Source of the DNA: a virus
Taxonomy: Duplodnaviria; Caudoviricetes
IMG/VR virus record: IMGVR_UViG_3300037461_001120
Span: 1-45,737 of that record
Length of the DNA stretch: 45,737 nt
Direction: 5' to 3' (one strand)
Positions within the stretch are counted from its first letter, which is position 1. Every line of letters starts with the position of its first letter. The notes under the pieces were generated by a model that was not told where the DNA came from, made no database searches, and saw only the letters and a program-made list of their open reading frames with translations. Positions 1 to 8,176 of this stretch are shown here, piece after piece. The translations under genes were made by a program, and so were the position numbers.

Positions 1-124
1 TGCTGGACGAGCGCGAGCAACGCCTCTTCGCCTGCTGGTGCGTGCGAAATACGCCGCTGGCGGACGGCAGGGTCGTGTGGGATCTGCTCACTGACGAGCG
101 GTCCCGGCGTGCCGTCGAGGTGGC
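1..124. repeat. Terminal direct repeat / circular assembly overlap (copy 1)
   Basis: Bases 1-124 are identical to 45614-45737, and one ORF reads through the join. Confidence 0.95.
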
Positions 125-503
125 AGAGCGTTTTGCGCGAGGCGAGGCGACCGCAGAGGAGTTGGCCGCCGCGCGGGCCGCCGCGCGGGACGCCGCGTGG
201 GCCGCCGCGCGGGCCGCCGCGTGGGACGCCGCGTGGGACGCCGCGTGGGCCGCCGCGCGGGACGCCGCGTGGGCCGCCGCGCGGGCCGCCGCGCGGGACG
301 CCGCGTGGGACGCCGCGTGGGACGCCGCGTGGGACGCCGCGTGGGGCGCCGCGCGGGTCGCCGCGCGGGACGCCGCGTGGGACGCCGCGTGGGACGCCGC
401 GTGGGCCGCCGCGCGGGACGCCGCGTGGGACGCCGCGTGGGACGCCGCGCGGGCCGCTCAACTGACGCGCTTAGTGGAGATCGCCAAGGCCAAGGGGGAG
501 TGA
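1..503 (+). CDS. 3' part of an Ala/Trp-repeat phage protein (starts at 45424 across the circular join)
   Basis: Reads ..RLFACWCVRNT..VWDLLTDERSRRAVEVAERFARGEAT followed by many AAWDAARD repeats; in frame with the ATG at 45424. Confidence 0.85.
   Translation, partial: LDEREQRLFACWCVRNTPLADGRVVWDLLTDERSRRAVEVAERFARGEATAEELAAARAAARDAAWAAARAAAWDAAWDAAWAAARDAAWAAARAAARDAAWDAAWDAAWDAAWGAARVAARDAAWDAAWDAAWAAARDAAWDAAWDAARAAQLTRLVEIAKAKGE
165..457 (+). repeat. Coding 12-bp tandem repeat GCCGCG(C/T)GGG(A/C)C
   Basis: About 24 consecutive 12-nt units encoding A-A-(R/W)-(D/A). Confidence 0.9.
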
Positions 504-505
504 CT

Positions 506-724
506 ATGACATACTGTAAATGTGGCAATCTATTAACTACGGGGGGCACTTGCACTGTCTGTGATTCATTGAAGGAAGAGCAATCTAGGCCGTCCACACC
601 ATCCACAGGCTGGATATGCCCGAAGTGCGGTATGTGTTGGGCACCGTGGATTACCTGTTGCACTTGCACCTCCCCAAAAGTTCCTGATGCCGTGGCGGGG
701 TCGTACACAATTGGGGGCACCTAA
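506..724 (+). CDS. Small Cys-rich (zinc-finger-like) hypothetical protein
   Basis: ATG 506 after GGGGGAG; CxCG..CxxC and GWICPKCG..WAPW..C motifs. Confidence 0.75.
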   Translation: MTYCKCGNLLTTGGTCTVCDSLKEEQSRPSTPSTGWICPKCGMCWAPWITCCTCTSPKVPDAVAGSYTIGGT

Positions 725-725
725 A

Positions 726-857
726 ATGAACGAGAATCTTTTGTGGCTGTCGATCTGGCTTGATTTCGTCTTCAAGATGGGATTGTTGATAACGGTGTAC
801 AAGGTTTGCGAGGTTGTCATAACAGAGTTTTGCGCCAAGGCGAAGGGGGAGAAATGA
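726..857 (+). CDS. 43-aa putative membrane protein (not in ORF track)
   Basis: MNENLLWLSIWLDFVFKMGLLITVYKVCEVVITEFCAKAKGEK; fills the gap exactly and has an ATGA overlap with the next gene. Confidence 0.6.
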   Translation: MNENLLWLSIWLDFVFKMGLLITVYKVCEVVITEFCAKAKGEK

Positions 858-1072
858 CCAAAGAACAATTCGAAAATTTTTTCCATGATCTTTTCCCGTT
901 TTGTGCGGAGTCTTTTTCAATTCTTAAGCTTCAAATAAAATTGGCTGAATACGACCTAGATGTGGCGGCTGAAAAAGTGGCCCTCTTAAAATCTGTGTTA
1001 CTGGCTTTTCAAACCAAGTATGATAAATTAAAACACATAGATTATCCCAAAACCAAAAAAGAGGAGGAATAA
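854..1072 (+). CDS. Hypothetical protein
   Basis: ATG 854 after GGGGGAG RBS; AT-rich. Confidence 0.7.
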   Translation: MTKEQFENFFHDLFPFCAESFSILKLQIKLAEYDLDVAAEKVALLKSVLLAFQTKYDKLKHIDYPKTKKEEE

Positions 1073-1073
1073 A

Positions 1074-1298
1074 GTGTTAATGAAATGTGACCGTTGCGGA
1101 AAAGAAAAATTGGATGTCAAGCAGATGGGGGTAGCCAACTACCTCGGGTTCGGTCGCTGTTCGAACTGGCATTACGAGGCGTGCGAGAAATGCGTCCATG
1201 TCATCGGATGTATGCTGGACAATACCTTCATCGAGTTTTCCAGAGACTGGAAAGTGCCACCGCGCAAACTCGACAAAATCGAGGCGCAGGAGGAGTGA
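1074..1298 (+). CDS. Hypothetical protein with CxxC pairs
   Basis: GAGGAGG RBS; CDRCG..CEKC. Confidence 0.7.
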   Translation: MLMKCDRCGKEKLDVKQMGVANYLGFGRCSNWHYEACEKCVHVIGCMLDNTFIEFSRDWKVPPRKLDKIEAQEE

Positions 1299-1299
1299 C

Positions 1300-1749
1300 A
1301 TGTCAGTAAGCACAGATGCGAATGTGTGTTTCGGTATCCTTTTGCCGGAGGGGGTGCAACTCCCCTGGAGAATGATGTCGGATCTGGACGACTGGTGGGC
1401 GGGTGTGACCGCCTGGGTAAAGCCGCGGGTTTACGATGCCAGGGGGCTGCACCTCCCAGGGGTTACTGCGCAAGACATCAAGGAGTACTGGGGTTCCCGT
1501 CGCCAGCACCTCGCGGACAACCCCATGCCGGTTGAGTTTGTCAACTGCTGCTCTTACGACGTACCGGTGTACATCGCCGCCGTGCCCTCTTCTCGCCTCC
1601 ATGCGTCAAGGGGATACCCGCTGGAGTTCGACTGCTTGCCGCAACCAGGAGAACAGGAAACGGCGGCCCTGCTGGAGTTCTGCTCTAAGTATCTACAACT
1701 TGAGGGGGTAGCCCCCAGGTGGTACTTGTCGTCTTTTTGGGGTGAATGA
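1300..1749 (+). CDS. Hypothetical protein
   Basis: ATG 1300 after GGAGGAG; tightly packed with neighbours. Confidence 0.75.
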   Translation: MSVSTDANVCFGILLPEGVQLPWRMMSDLDDWWAGVTAWVKPRVYDARGLHLPGVTAQDIKEYWGSRRQHLADNPMPVEFVNCCSYDVPVYIAAVPSSRLHASRGYPLEFDCLPQPGEQETAALLEFCSKYLQLEGVAPRWYLSSFWGE

Positions 1750-1759
1750 AGGGGGAGTG

Positions 1760-2059
1760 ATGGAGATTGTCGTTCGCGCCCGGTGCGGGAATTTGTACTG
1801 CACGAGCGGTCCCTTTGAGGACACCTGTAGGTTCATGAAACATCGCGGGCGCATGAAATACTGCCGACTGTATGACACGTTCCTCGTGAAACCGGTTGGC
1901 GGGTGGACCCAAAGATGCGACCAGTGCCTCGAAGAGTTCCCCGTGGACGCAGACCGCGCAAACGCGGAGTCGAAAGAGCGTGAAACGAGGTTTATCACCT
2001 TGGCCGAGCAACTGAAATCAGCATTTAACCGATTCACCGGAAAACAGGAGGACCAATAA
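1760..2059 (+). CDS. Hypothetical Cys-containing protein
   Basis: GGGGGAG RBS; operon packing. Confidence 0.65.
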   Translation: MEIVVRARCGNLYCTSGPFEDTCRFMKHRGRMKYCRLYDTFLVKPVGGWTQRCDQCLEEFPVDADRANAESKERETRFITLAEQLKSAFNRFTGKQEDQ

Positions 2060-2427
2060 TGCACCCCACCGCCAGAATCAACCGCCGCCCCGGACGGTTC
2101 TTCCTCACTCGCCAGTTCCAGCAGTCCCTCTCCCTGGAGGCCGCCCTCGCCATCCAGGCCGAGGTCATAATCCTGTCGGTCCGGGACGACTTCATGATGC
2201 AGACCACCGAGTTCCGCGGACTCTCCAGGCACTTCCGGGAACTCAAGGACGGTGACACGATTCCGGTATATCGTGTCACGATCCGTTCCCCCCTCCCCGG
2301 GGTCTACGTCTGCGACTGGACCGAGTGCGACCACGAACCGGAGCCCTGCCTGCCGGAGAACACCAGGAGGCCGACTATTCTCGAGCGAATGGCCAGGACG
2401 TGGAAACGGATTCGGGGAACGGTCTAG
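2059..2427 (+). CDS. Hypothetical protein
   Basis: AGGAGG RBS; TAATG overlap with the previous stop. Confidence 0.7.
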   Translation: MHPTARINRRPGRFFLTRQFQQSLSLEAALAIQAEVIILSVRDDFMMQTTEFRGLSRHFRELKDGDTIPVYRVTIRSPLPGVYVCDWTECDHEPEPCLPENTRRPTILERMARTWKRIRGTV

Positions 2428-3422
2428 AGAAATAACCTGCCTTCATAATTAAACCAAGTATTTATCCCTCCGGCCCTGTGCAAAAAAGCCACAGGACCAT
2501 TTTATCTATTTTTTTTCTGGCCCTGCTGGAAAAAGAAACGGGTTTCCGCCTGAAATCTCCCGTAAAATGCTTCGCACCGATTTTATCTCAGGGAAATAAA
2601 GCCAGGGTTTAGAGTTGAAGGGGATGGTTGGGGTTGCGGTGGGGGAGGGGGAAATTGCGATTCCGGGGCAGGGGGAGGCGGGGGTGGGGTGGTCCCCCAG
2701 GCCCCCCCGCGCCGGCCGCGCGTTTCCCGACCAGGCGCTTCGCGCGCGCGTCTTCGGGGCTACTGTGCTTATTATCCGGAGACATCTCCGGATGTACACC
2801 GTCTTATTGGCATGGGACGGGACCGATGTCAGCTAATGCGCGCCCCCCCGGGGGGGCGTGTGTATCCTGAGCAGGGAATTGAATCCGTTGCTATCCCGTG
2901 CGTGCACAATGTGTTGCACGCCCCCCCCAGTGATGATACCCTAATAAATACCCTATCCCAAGCCTTGCACCCCCGCCCGGCCCCTCCGCACACGGCCCAC
3001 CACGCCCCATGCCCCGGGCCCAGACGCCGGACCACCAGGACAACCCGGCAGCCCCCCCGGCCGGCCCTGGACGGCGCCGGACCGGCGCCGTGCTACGTTT
3101 TTGAGCAATCGTAACACGACTAGGCAACCGCCCCCTCCCTCCCCGCTCCCCACTCCCCCTCATCACTCCCCCCGGCTCTGCCGTTTTAACTCTCTATAGT
3201 CCACCACACACCCTTGACGTTTAACTTTCACTTTAACATCTATTTAACTCCACGCTTTAGCTTGTTAAAGTTAACATCTTAACTTTAGACTAATTAAGAC
3301 GGTGCTAATCAGTACTTTATAGGCGACAAATCCCACACAACCCCTTGTATGGCCGATGAATGCACGATTTTTTACGCCCCTTGTAATTGTATCAATACCA
3401 CTATACACCCGGAGCATCACTT

Positions 3423-3438
3423 TGTGATGGATATCACA
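3423..3438. promoter_or_regulatory. CRP/FNR-family consensus site TGTGA-N6-TCACA
   Basis: TGTGA tggata TCACA, a perfect match upstream of the radC-like promoter. Confidence 0.55.
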
Positions 3439-3475
3439 GGATTATCCCGAATTATCGCCTTGTTGCGGATTTTGC

Positions 3476-3505
3476 TTGAACCCCCATCTATCCACCTGTT
3501 ATCTT
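3476..3505 (+). promoter_or_regulatory. Putative sigma70 promoter of the radC-like operon
   Basis: TTGAAC-18 nt-TATCTT with an extended TGn motif. Confidence 0.45.
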
Positions 3506-3581
3506 GGGGTTAATCTTACGTGAGGAGACATGCTATGGACATCATTCTCTTTGCCAACCTTAACTCAATATTGGAGGCAAT

Positions 3582-4073
3582 ATGAGCACCACACCCCGCC
3601 CCCGCAAACCCCCCCTTGCCGTCCGGCAGGCGGCACAAACCGTGCTGGATTATTGGACGGACCAAGCCCGCAGGAACAGGCCCGTCATTCGCGGACCCGA
3701 GGACGTCCGCCTGCTCGTCTCGTCCGTGCAATTGCAGGCCGAGGACCAATCCGGCTCCGGCGTGGAGTCCGTGTCCATGCTGTTGTTGGACATCGGCAAC
3801 CGCCTGCTGGCCTCGATCACCCTGTCATCCGGCACAGTCAATCAGGCCCCCGTCTACCCCCGAGAGGTGGTCCGGCAGGCCCTCGCACACGACGCGACGG
3901 CCCTGCTGCTCGTCCACAACCATCCCGGGGGGCAGGCCCACCCTTCAGCCGACGACCTGCAACTTACCCGCGACCTCAAAGCCGCCCTCGAGACCGTTGA
4001 CGTCCAACTCCATGACCACCTGATTATCGCCGACGGCAGGATCTACTCCATAGCCGCCGGCCGGATCATTTAA
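3582..4073 (+). CDS. radC: RadC-like JAB/MPN domain protein
   Basis: E..LLLD..N, SGTVNQAPVYPREV, HNHPGG..PS..D and LHDHLII are canonical RadC/JAMM motifs; GGAGG RBS. Confidence 0.92.
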   Translation: MSTTPRPRKPPLAVRQAAQTVLDYWTDQARRNRPVIRGPEDVRLLVSSVQLQAEDQSGSGVESVSMLLLDIGNRLLASITLSSGTVNQAPVYPREVVRQALAHDATALLLVHNHPGGQAHPSADDLQLTRDLKAALETVDVQLHDHLIIADGRIYSIAAGRII

Positions 4074-4083
4074 GGAGGATACC

Positions 4084-4308
4084 ATGTCCGCAACGCCGAT
4101 CAAACAGGCCGCTTCCCGCACCAACAGGACGAAGGGCCCCAGACCACCGTACACCTGGATGCTGGTAAGGAAAATCACCGGAATCCCGGTGAGTCGGCAC
4201 ACGACCCGGGATCTCGCCGACGATGCCTCCGGGCGCTGGCCGCGCCCGGAGGCAGACCCGCTCGAAGTGAGAGTTTATTCGGCCTATTACTGGCGACAAA
4301 TGCACTGA
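4084..4308 (+). CDS. Hypothetical protein
   Basis: Strong AAGGAGG RBS. Confidence 0.65.
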   Translation: MSATPIKQAASRTNRTKGPRPPYTWMLVRKITGIPVSRHTTRDLADDASGRWPRPEADPLEVRVYSAYYWRQMH

Positions 4309-4338
4309 CCATCATTGCCAATCTCTGAGGAGGATACC

Positions 4339-4617
4339 ATGCAAGTACACATCGACATTGCCCAACGCCCCACAACCCGCCGGTACCAACGCAAGCTCAC
4401 TGTCGTAGTCCGCCCCGCCCATTATCGCCCAGGAGGGCGTGTCCTGTGGCGGTCCGCCCCCCTCTGGCTCCACATGGACGGATGGTCCCGCCGCACTTGG
4501 GGCCAACTGCAATCCGCCTACTCCGCCGCCCGCATATGGGCAACGCTCCACGACCACGACGTGACGTGGAGTCCCACCACCGACCAGCCCGACGGCGGCC
4601 GATCCGACAGGGTGTGA
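4339..4617 (+). CDS. Hypothetical protein
   Basis: Same AGGAGGATACCATG start context as the 4084 gene. Confidence 0.65.
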   Translation: MQVHIDIAQRPTTRRYQRKLTVVVRPAHYRPGGRVLWRSAPLWLHMDGWSRRTWGQLQSAYSAARIWATLHDHDVTWSPTTDQPDGGRSDRV

Positions 4618-4620
4618 CCT

Positions 4621-4710
4621 ATGCACCCCGCATTACACGCCGCATGGGCTCTAATTTGGGGTTATATCGCCGTCCGCCTGCTTGCTCATCTGGATTCTCT
4701 CCGCGACTAG
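4621..4710 (+). CDS. 29-aa hydrophobic peptide
   Basis: MHPALHAAWALIWGYIAVRLLAHLDSLRD lies between the previous stop and the terminator. Confidence 0.4.
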   Translation: MHPALHAAWALIWGYIAVRLLAHLDSLRD

Positions 4711-4738
4711 CCCGCCCCACGCCCCCCGCAACAGCCCG

Positions 4739-4767
4739 CCGGGTCCCCTGAGGGACCCGGTTTTTTT
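4739..4767 (+). terminator. Rho-independent terminator
   Basis: CCGGGTCCC-ctga-GGGACCCGG followed by T7. Confidence 0.85.
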
Positions 4768-4923
4768 CTCCCAGCGATATCTCCCTCGCTCACCAGGTCC
4801 AGGACCGCCCCCGATACCCCCCGAATTTCCCGCCAGGTTGCCCCAGGTTAAACGATCCAGCCAAACCCGCCACACCCCTACCGCCCCCCCAGGCCGAACG
4901 CACCACGGCCCGTTTAATCGATT

Positions 4924-4939
4924 TGTGACAAACGTCACA
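4924..4939. promoter_or_regulatory. Second CRP/FNR-family consensus site
   Basis: TGTGA caaacg TCACA inside the inverted repeat TTTGTGAC-N4-GTCACAAA. Confidence 0.45.
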
Positions 4940-5016
4940 AAACCACCCGGTGGACCGGCAACCGGCAACCGGCTGGAGGCCCCGGGGAGGCCCAGGGCCG
5001 GCCGGCCGTGGGAAAT

Positions 5017-5181
5017 TCACTTTTTGGGTTTGGCGGGTTTTTCCTTTTTGGCCTCGGCCTCGAACCGCTCGAGGCGGTCCGCGATCTTTCTGGTCGTCTC
5101 CACGGTGCGATTGTACTCGGCCTGGAGTTCATCCAGCAGGGCCCGGATGGCGGCGATGATTTCGGGGGTGTTCTTGGGCAT
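5017..5181 (-). CDS. Small coiled-coil hypothetical protein
   Basis: MPKNTPEIIAAIRALLDELQ..; GGAGG RBS. Confidence 0.6.
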   Translation of the reverse strand: MPKNTPEIIAAIRALLDELQAEYNRTVETTRKIADRLERFEAEAKKEKPAKPKK

Positions 5182-5375
5182 TTTTTTCCTCCAAAAATAC
5201 CGGGGGAAGGAGGCCAGGCGTTTCGCTCTTTGGATTTTTTTTCGGCCCCCAGCCCCCCGACGCAATACACGCAAGTGGACGGACCAGTGATAATCTCTCA
5301 AACCGTCCACCATGGGGATAGTGCCGGGGTGAAAAGATCGGTCGGGGCCTACCCGGCGTCCGGCCCCGGTGGGAC

Positions 5376-5588
5376 TCAGGGGCGCACGGCCGGCGGGCAG
5401 ATGAGGCCCTTCCAGTCGTAGTTCTTCGCACAGGCAGAGCAGGCGGCCCCGTTGGCGACGGAAGCGATGCTCTGCCCGGAGATGTCCAGGCGCTTTTTGC
5501 AGAAGACGCAGGTGTTCTTGCCGGCCGGCATGGGCCCCTCCGCGGGGACCGGCCGCCGGGGCGGGGCGGAAGGCTTGCTCTTGCTCAT
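5376..5588 (-). CDS. Small CxxC/CxxC zinc-binding protein
   Basis: CVFC..CSAC; AAGGAG RBS; ATGA overlap with the upstream gene. Confidence 0.6.
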   Translation of the reverse strand: MSKSKPSAPPRRPVPAEGPMPAGKNTCVFCKKRLDISGQSIASVANGAACSACAKNYDWKGLICPPAVRP

Positions 5589-5875
5589 CGTTTTCTCCTT
5601 TTCGAGGCGGACTCGACTGCAAGGCCGATGCGGACCAGGGCGGCCTTGAGCCGGTAAAAGTTTATGCCGAGCTTTTTCCTGGCGCCGATCATCCCCGACT
5701 CCCGAAAAGCGATCTCGATCTCCTCCGCGGTCGGGCACCGTCCCGTCCTGTGGCCCCCCTCGAGGCCCGGGAGGGAACCGTACTCACTTGCCATCTTATC
5801 ACAGAGTGGACACCGGTGGTCGTTCGGTTTGCACTCCGGCAGGGGACACTCGAGGCATACCATTTCCCTGTCCAC
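5585..5875 (-). CDS. Small Cys-rich / HTH-like protein
   Basis: CLECPLPEC..CPLC and ARKKLGINFYRL; GGAGG RBS. Confidence 0.6.
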   Translation of the reverse strand: MDREMVCLECPLPECKPNDHRCPLCDKMASEYGSLPGLEGGHRTGRCPTAEEIEIAFRESGMIGARKKLGINFYRLKAALVRIGLAVESASKRRKR

Positions 5876-5876
5876 G

Positions 5877-7178
5877 TCAGACCTCCTGGAACAGGTTGTA
5901 GTCCTTCTGGTGCATCATGGGCTGCCTGCCGGTGCGGGCGCCACGGGCCTTGAGAACATCGAAGTCGAAGTAGTCCACGTCGTCGTTGGACCGTGAGTGA
6001 TCCAGTTGGATGGCGGCCACCTGGTCGAGATCACTCTCGAGATCTCCCGACTCCCGCATGTCCGACAGCCGGATGCGGCCGTGCTCCCGCTTTTCAGCGT
6101 CCCGGCCCACCTGGACCCCGAGGACGCCGGCGCAGTTGAGCCGCTTGCACAGGGAGCGGAAGCGTTTGCCCTGCTCGCCGACCACCTCGTACCGTCCCCG
6201 GCGGCCGCGAAGTGTACCCTCGGACATGATCTGGATGTAGTCCACCATCACGAAATCCAGGCCAACACCCCTCGCCGTGAGCCTGGCCTGCTGCTCCCAG
6301 CAGGTCCGCTCGATGGCGCCGATGTCCAAATAGTCCGAGGTGGTGACCTGTACGGTCTCGCTCAGGCTCCGGGCGTGGTCCTTGAGGAGCATGTGGTCGG
6401 TCAGGCTCAGGTTGCCGCCCTTGATGAGCCACTTCTTTGCGATCCTGGGGTTGGCCAGCACGCGGGCCGTTATCTCCGCCTCCCCCGCCTCGAGGGAGAA
6501 GAACAGGCCGTGGAGGTGTTGCCACGAGAACAGCATCTGCACCATCATGGCGGTCTTCCCCTGCCCGGGCCGGCCGGCGATCCCGGTGGTGGTCCCCCGC
6601 TCGAAGCAGAACCACTGGTTCAGGCGCTGAAACTCCGGGAGGCGGAGGGCGCGCAGGCCGGGGCGTTGGTCCAGGTGGTCCAGGTACTCCACCGCCATCT
6701 CCCGCAGGGTGCGGAGTCCCACGCCGGAGGACTTCCGCGCCCCCTCGCACTCGGCGACGATGTCCTGGAGCAGGCGGTCCGGGTCTTCGATGGGGTCGCC
6801 GGCCGCCGTGAAACCCTCGCTCAGGATCTGCGAGATCCTGGAGATGGAGGAGATCATGCTGTTGCGTCGCATCCCGTTCCGGAGCGTCTCGATGTTGATC
6901 CGCCGCGGGATTCCGGACGAGAGTTCCGCCAGTTGGGTCACGGTGTAGGACCGTTGCCCGTCCCCGTAGACCGGGAGGCGGGCGTGGACCGAGACCTCGT
7001 CCAGGGGCTCCCCCGCGGCGATGACCTTTCCGATGGCTGCCCGCACGATCTTCAGGTCGAGGTCCTGGAAGGATGCCTCCGGGAAGGCGGCCGCGAGGCG
7101 CTCGACCTCCACGGCCGGGGCCAGGAAGAACTGGGCGATGATGTCCTTTTCGATGTCCTTGTCGTAGCGGAAAATCAT
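5877..7178 (-). CDS. dnaB: DnaB-like replicative helicase
   Basis: Walker A GRPGQGKT, FFSLE, VDYIQ, SDMRESGDLE.D.D and K.RG.RTG motifs. Confidence 0.9.
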   Translation of the reverse strand: MIFRYDKDIEKDIIAQFFLAPAVEVERLAAAFPEASFQDLDLKIVRAAIGKVIAAGEPLDEVSVHARLPVYGDGQRSYTVTQLAELSSGIPRRINIETLRNGMRRNSMISSISRISQILSEGFTAAGDPIEDPDRLLQDIVAECEGARKSSGVGLRTLREMAVEYLDHLDQRPGLRALRLPEFQRLNQWFCFERGTTTGIAGRPGQGKTAMMVQMLFSWQHLHGLFFSLEAGEAEITARVLANPRIAKKWLIKGGNLSLTDHMLLKDHARSLSETVQVTTSDYLDIGAIERTCWEQQARLTARGVGLDFVMVDYIQIMSEGTLRGRRGRYEVVGEQGKRFRSLCKRLNCAGVLGVQVGRDAEKREHGRIRLSDMRESGDLESDLDQVAAIQLDHSRSNDDVDYFDFDVLKARGARTGRQPMMHQKDYNLFQEV

Positions 7179-7996
7179 CTCTTGCCTCCCTGGAGTCGCC
7201 GCAGGACGCAGTCGCAGGTCACGTCGATGCCCCTGCCGTCATCATAGAGACCCCTCCCCCCGCAAAGCAGGCAGCCGGGATCTCCGGGCTGGACCGGCTT
7301 CGGGGAGTCGGCATGAAGGCCGTTGACCCTGGAGGATGGCGCCTTGTCCTGCTCGCGGCCCAACCAGTTCACCACGAACCTTGGCGCCCCCCTGAAGGTC
7401 TTGCGCCGGTCAGGACTGGCCGCCAACCAGGCGACCATCTTCCGGAGTTCCCGGTGAACGTCCACACCCGGGAAGAGGACTGACCACTCCTCGACCTGCT
7501 TCCCGGTTACCGGGTAGGATTTTTTCCCGGCACAGGGCAATTCGTAAATTGCCGGCGTGGAGTCGAAATTTTTCGGCTCCGCGCAAGATATATTCTGTTC
7601 TGGTTCTGGTTCTGGTTCTGTTCTACCTGTTACTGTAACACCGTTACACCCCGTTACCGTAACGTTACCGTAACGTTTCTCGTCATCCTTAGACTTCGAT
7701 CTAAACTTTGCCACTCGTTCATTTGAGTGATCCGACTTCATCTGTCTTTTGTCCCAATTCAGTATTTCCCATTCTGAATTTATCATGGAGTTGTTCTGTA
7801 AAATTTGCTTGAGACATCGGAGTTGTGTCGGAGTTATTCTGAGAAACACCCTGACTTGTTCATCAGTGGCAGGCAACATGCCCAGAGATTTCATGCAAAG
7901 AAGTCTGATATGACTGACTTGTTGAAGTGGGGTCATCATCAGGATTTTTGGGTCGTTCGCCCAGTCTGTCCAGAGTCGGAACCAGGGATAGCTCAT
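7175..7996 (-). CDS. Phage replication initiator / replisome organiser
   Basis: N-terminal PWFRLW..DPK, NWDKRQ..SNERVAKFR, low-complexity linker, C-terminal VDV..EL..M..WL..RF..NWL domain; directly upstream of dnaB. Confidence 0.8.
   Translation of the reverse strand: MSYPWFRLWTDWANDPKILMMTPLQQVSHIRLLCMKSLGMLPATDEQVRVFLRITPTQLRCLKQILQNNSMINSEWEILNWDKRQMKSDHSNERVAKFRSKSKDDEKRYGNVTVTGCNGVTVTGRTEPEPEPEQNISCAEPKNFDSTPAIYELPCAGKKSYPVTGKQVEEWSVLFPGVDVHRELRKMVAWLAASPDRRKTFRGAPRFVVNWLGREQDKAPSSRVNGLHADSPKPVQPGDPGCLLCGGRGLYDDGRGIDVTCDCVLRRLQGGKR
7628..7675. repeat. GTTAC/GTAAC iteron-like cluster inside the initiator gene (candidate origin)
   Basis: Seven copies in alternating orientation beside an AT-rich stretch, a lambda O-like arrangement. 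Confidence 0.55.
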
Positions 7997-8142
7997 GAGC
8001 ACCTCGCGGGGAGAAAAAAAATACCCCGAGAGGTGCGAGGTGCATCCGTTGGAGGCACGCCACGCCCGTACATGGCTCTCTCGGGGTCGGGCAATCCTGA
8101 AAACACGAAACCTCCAACCGTCATTTCGCACCTCGCATCTCT

Positions 8143-8171
8143 ATTCTCTCACCGCGTTTCCGGGCTGTCAA
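8143..8171 (-). promoter_or_regulatory. Putative promoter for the replication genes
   Basis: TTGACA-17 nt-GAGAAT on the minus strand. Confidence 0.45.
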
Positions 8172-8176
8172 GAGTA

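Noticed and set aside
1-124. Biological terminal repeat of the virion DNA
   Set aside because: It falls in the middle of a gene, so an assembler overlap of a circular or permuted genome is more likely.
88-720. Alternative-frame ORFs with RRPT/PRG/GRR repeats
   Set aside because: They are by-products of the 12-bp repeat in the Ala/Trp gene.
2506-3166. Several short Pro/Gly/Arg-rich ORFs in the large intergenic region
   Set aside because: Low complexity, no RBS, and mutually overlapping in all frames.
5240-5375. tRNA gene
   Set aside because: Hairpins are present, but no cloverleaf with T-loop/D-loop consensus was found here or elsewhere by eye.
7997-8131. N-terminal extension of the initiator given in the ORF track
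   Set aside because: The family-like sequence begins at MSYPWFRL with a GAGGTG RBS; the upstream part is better explained as a structured leader.
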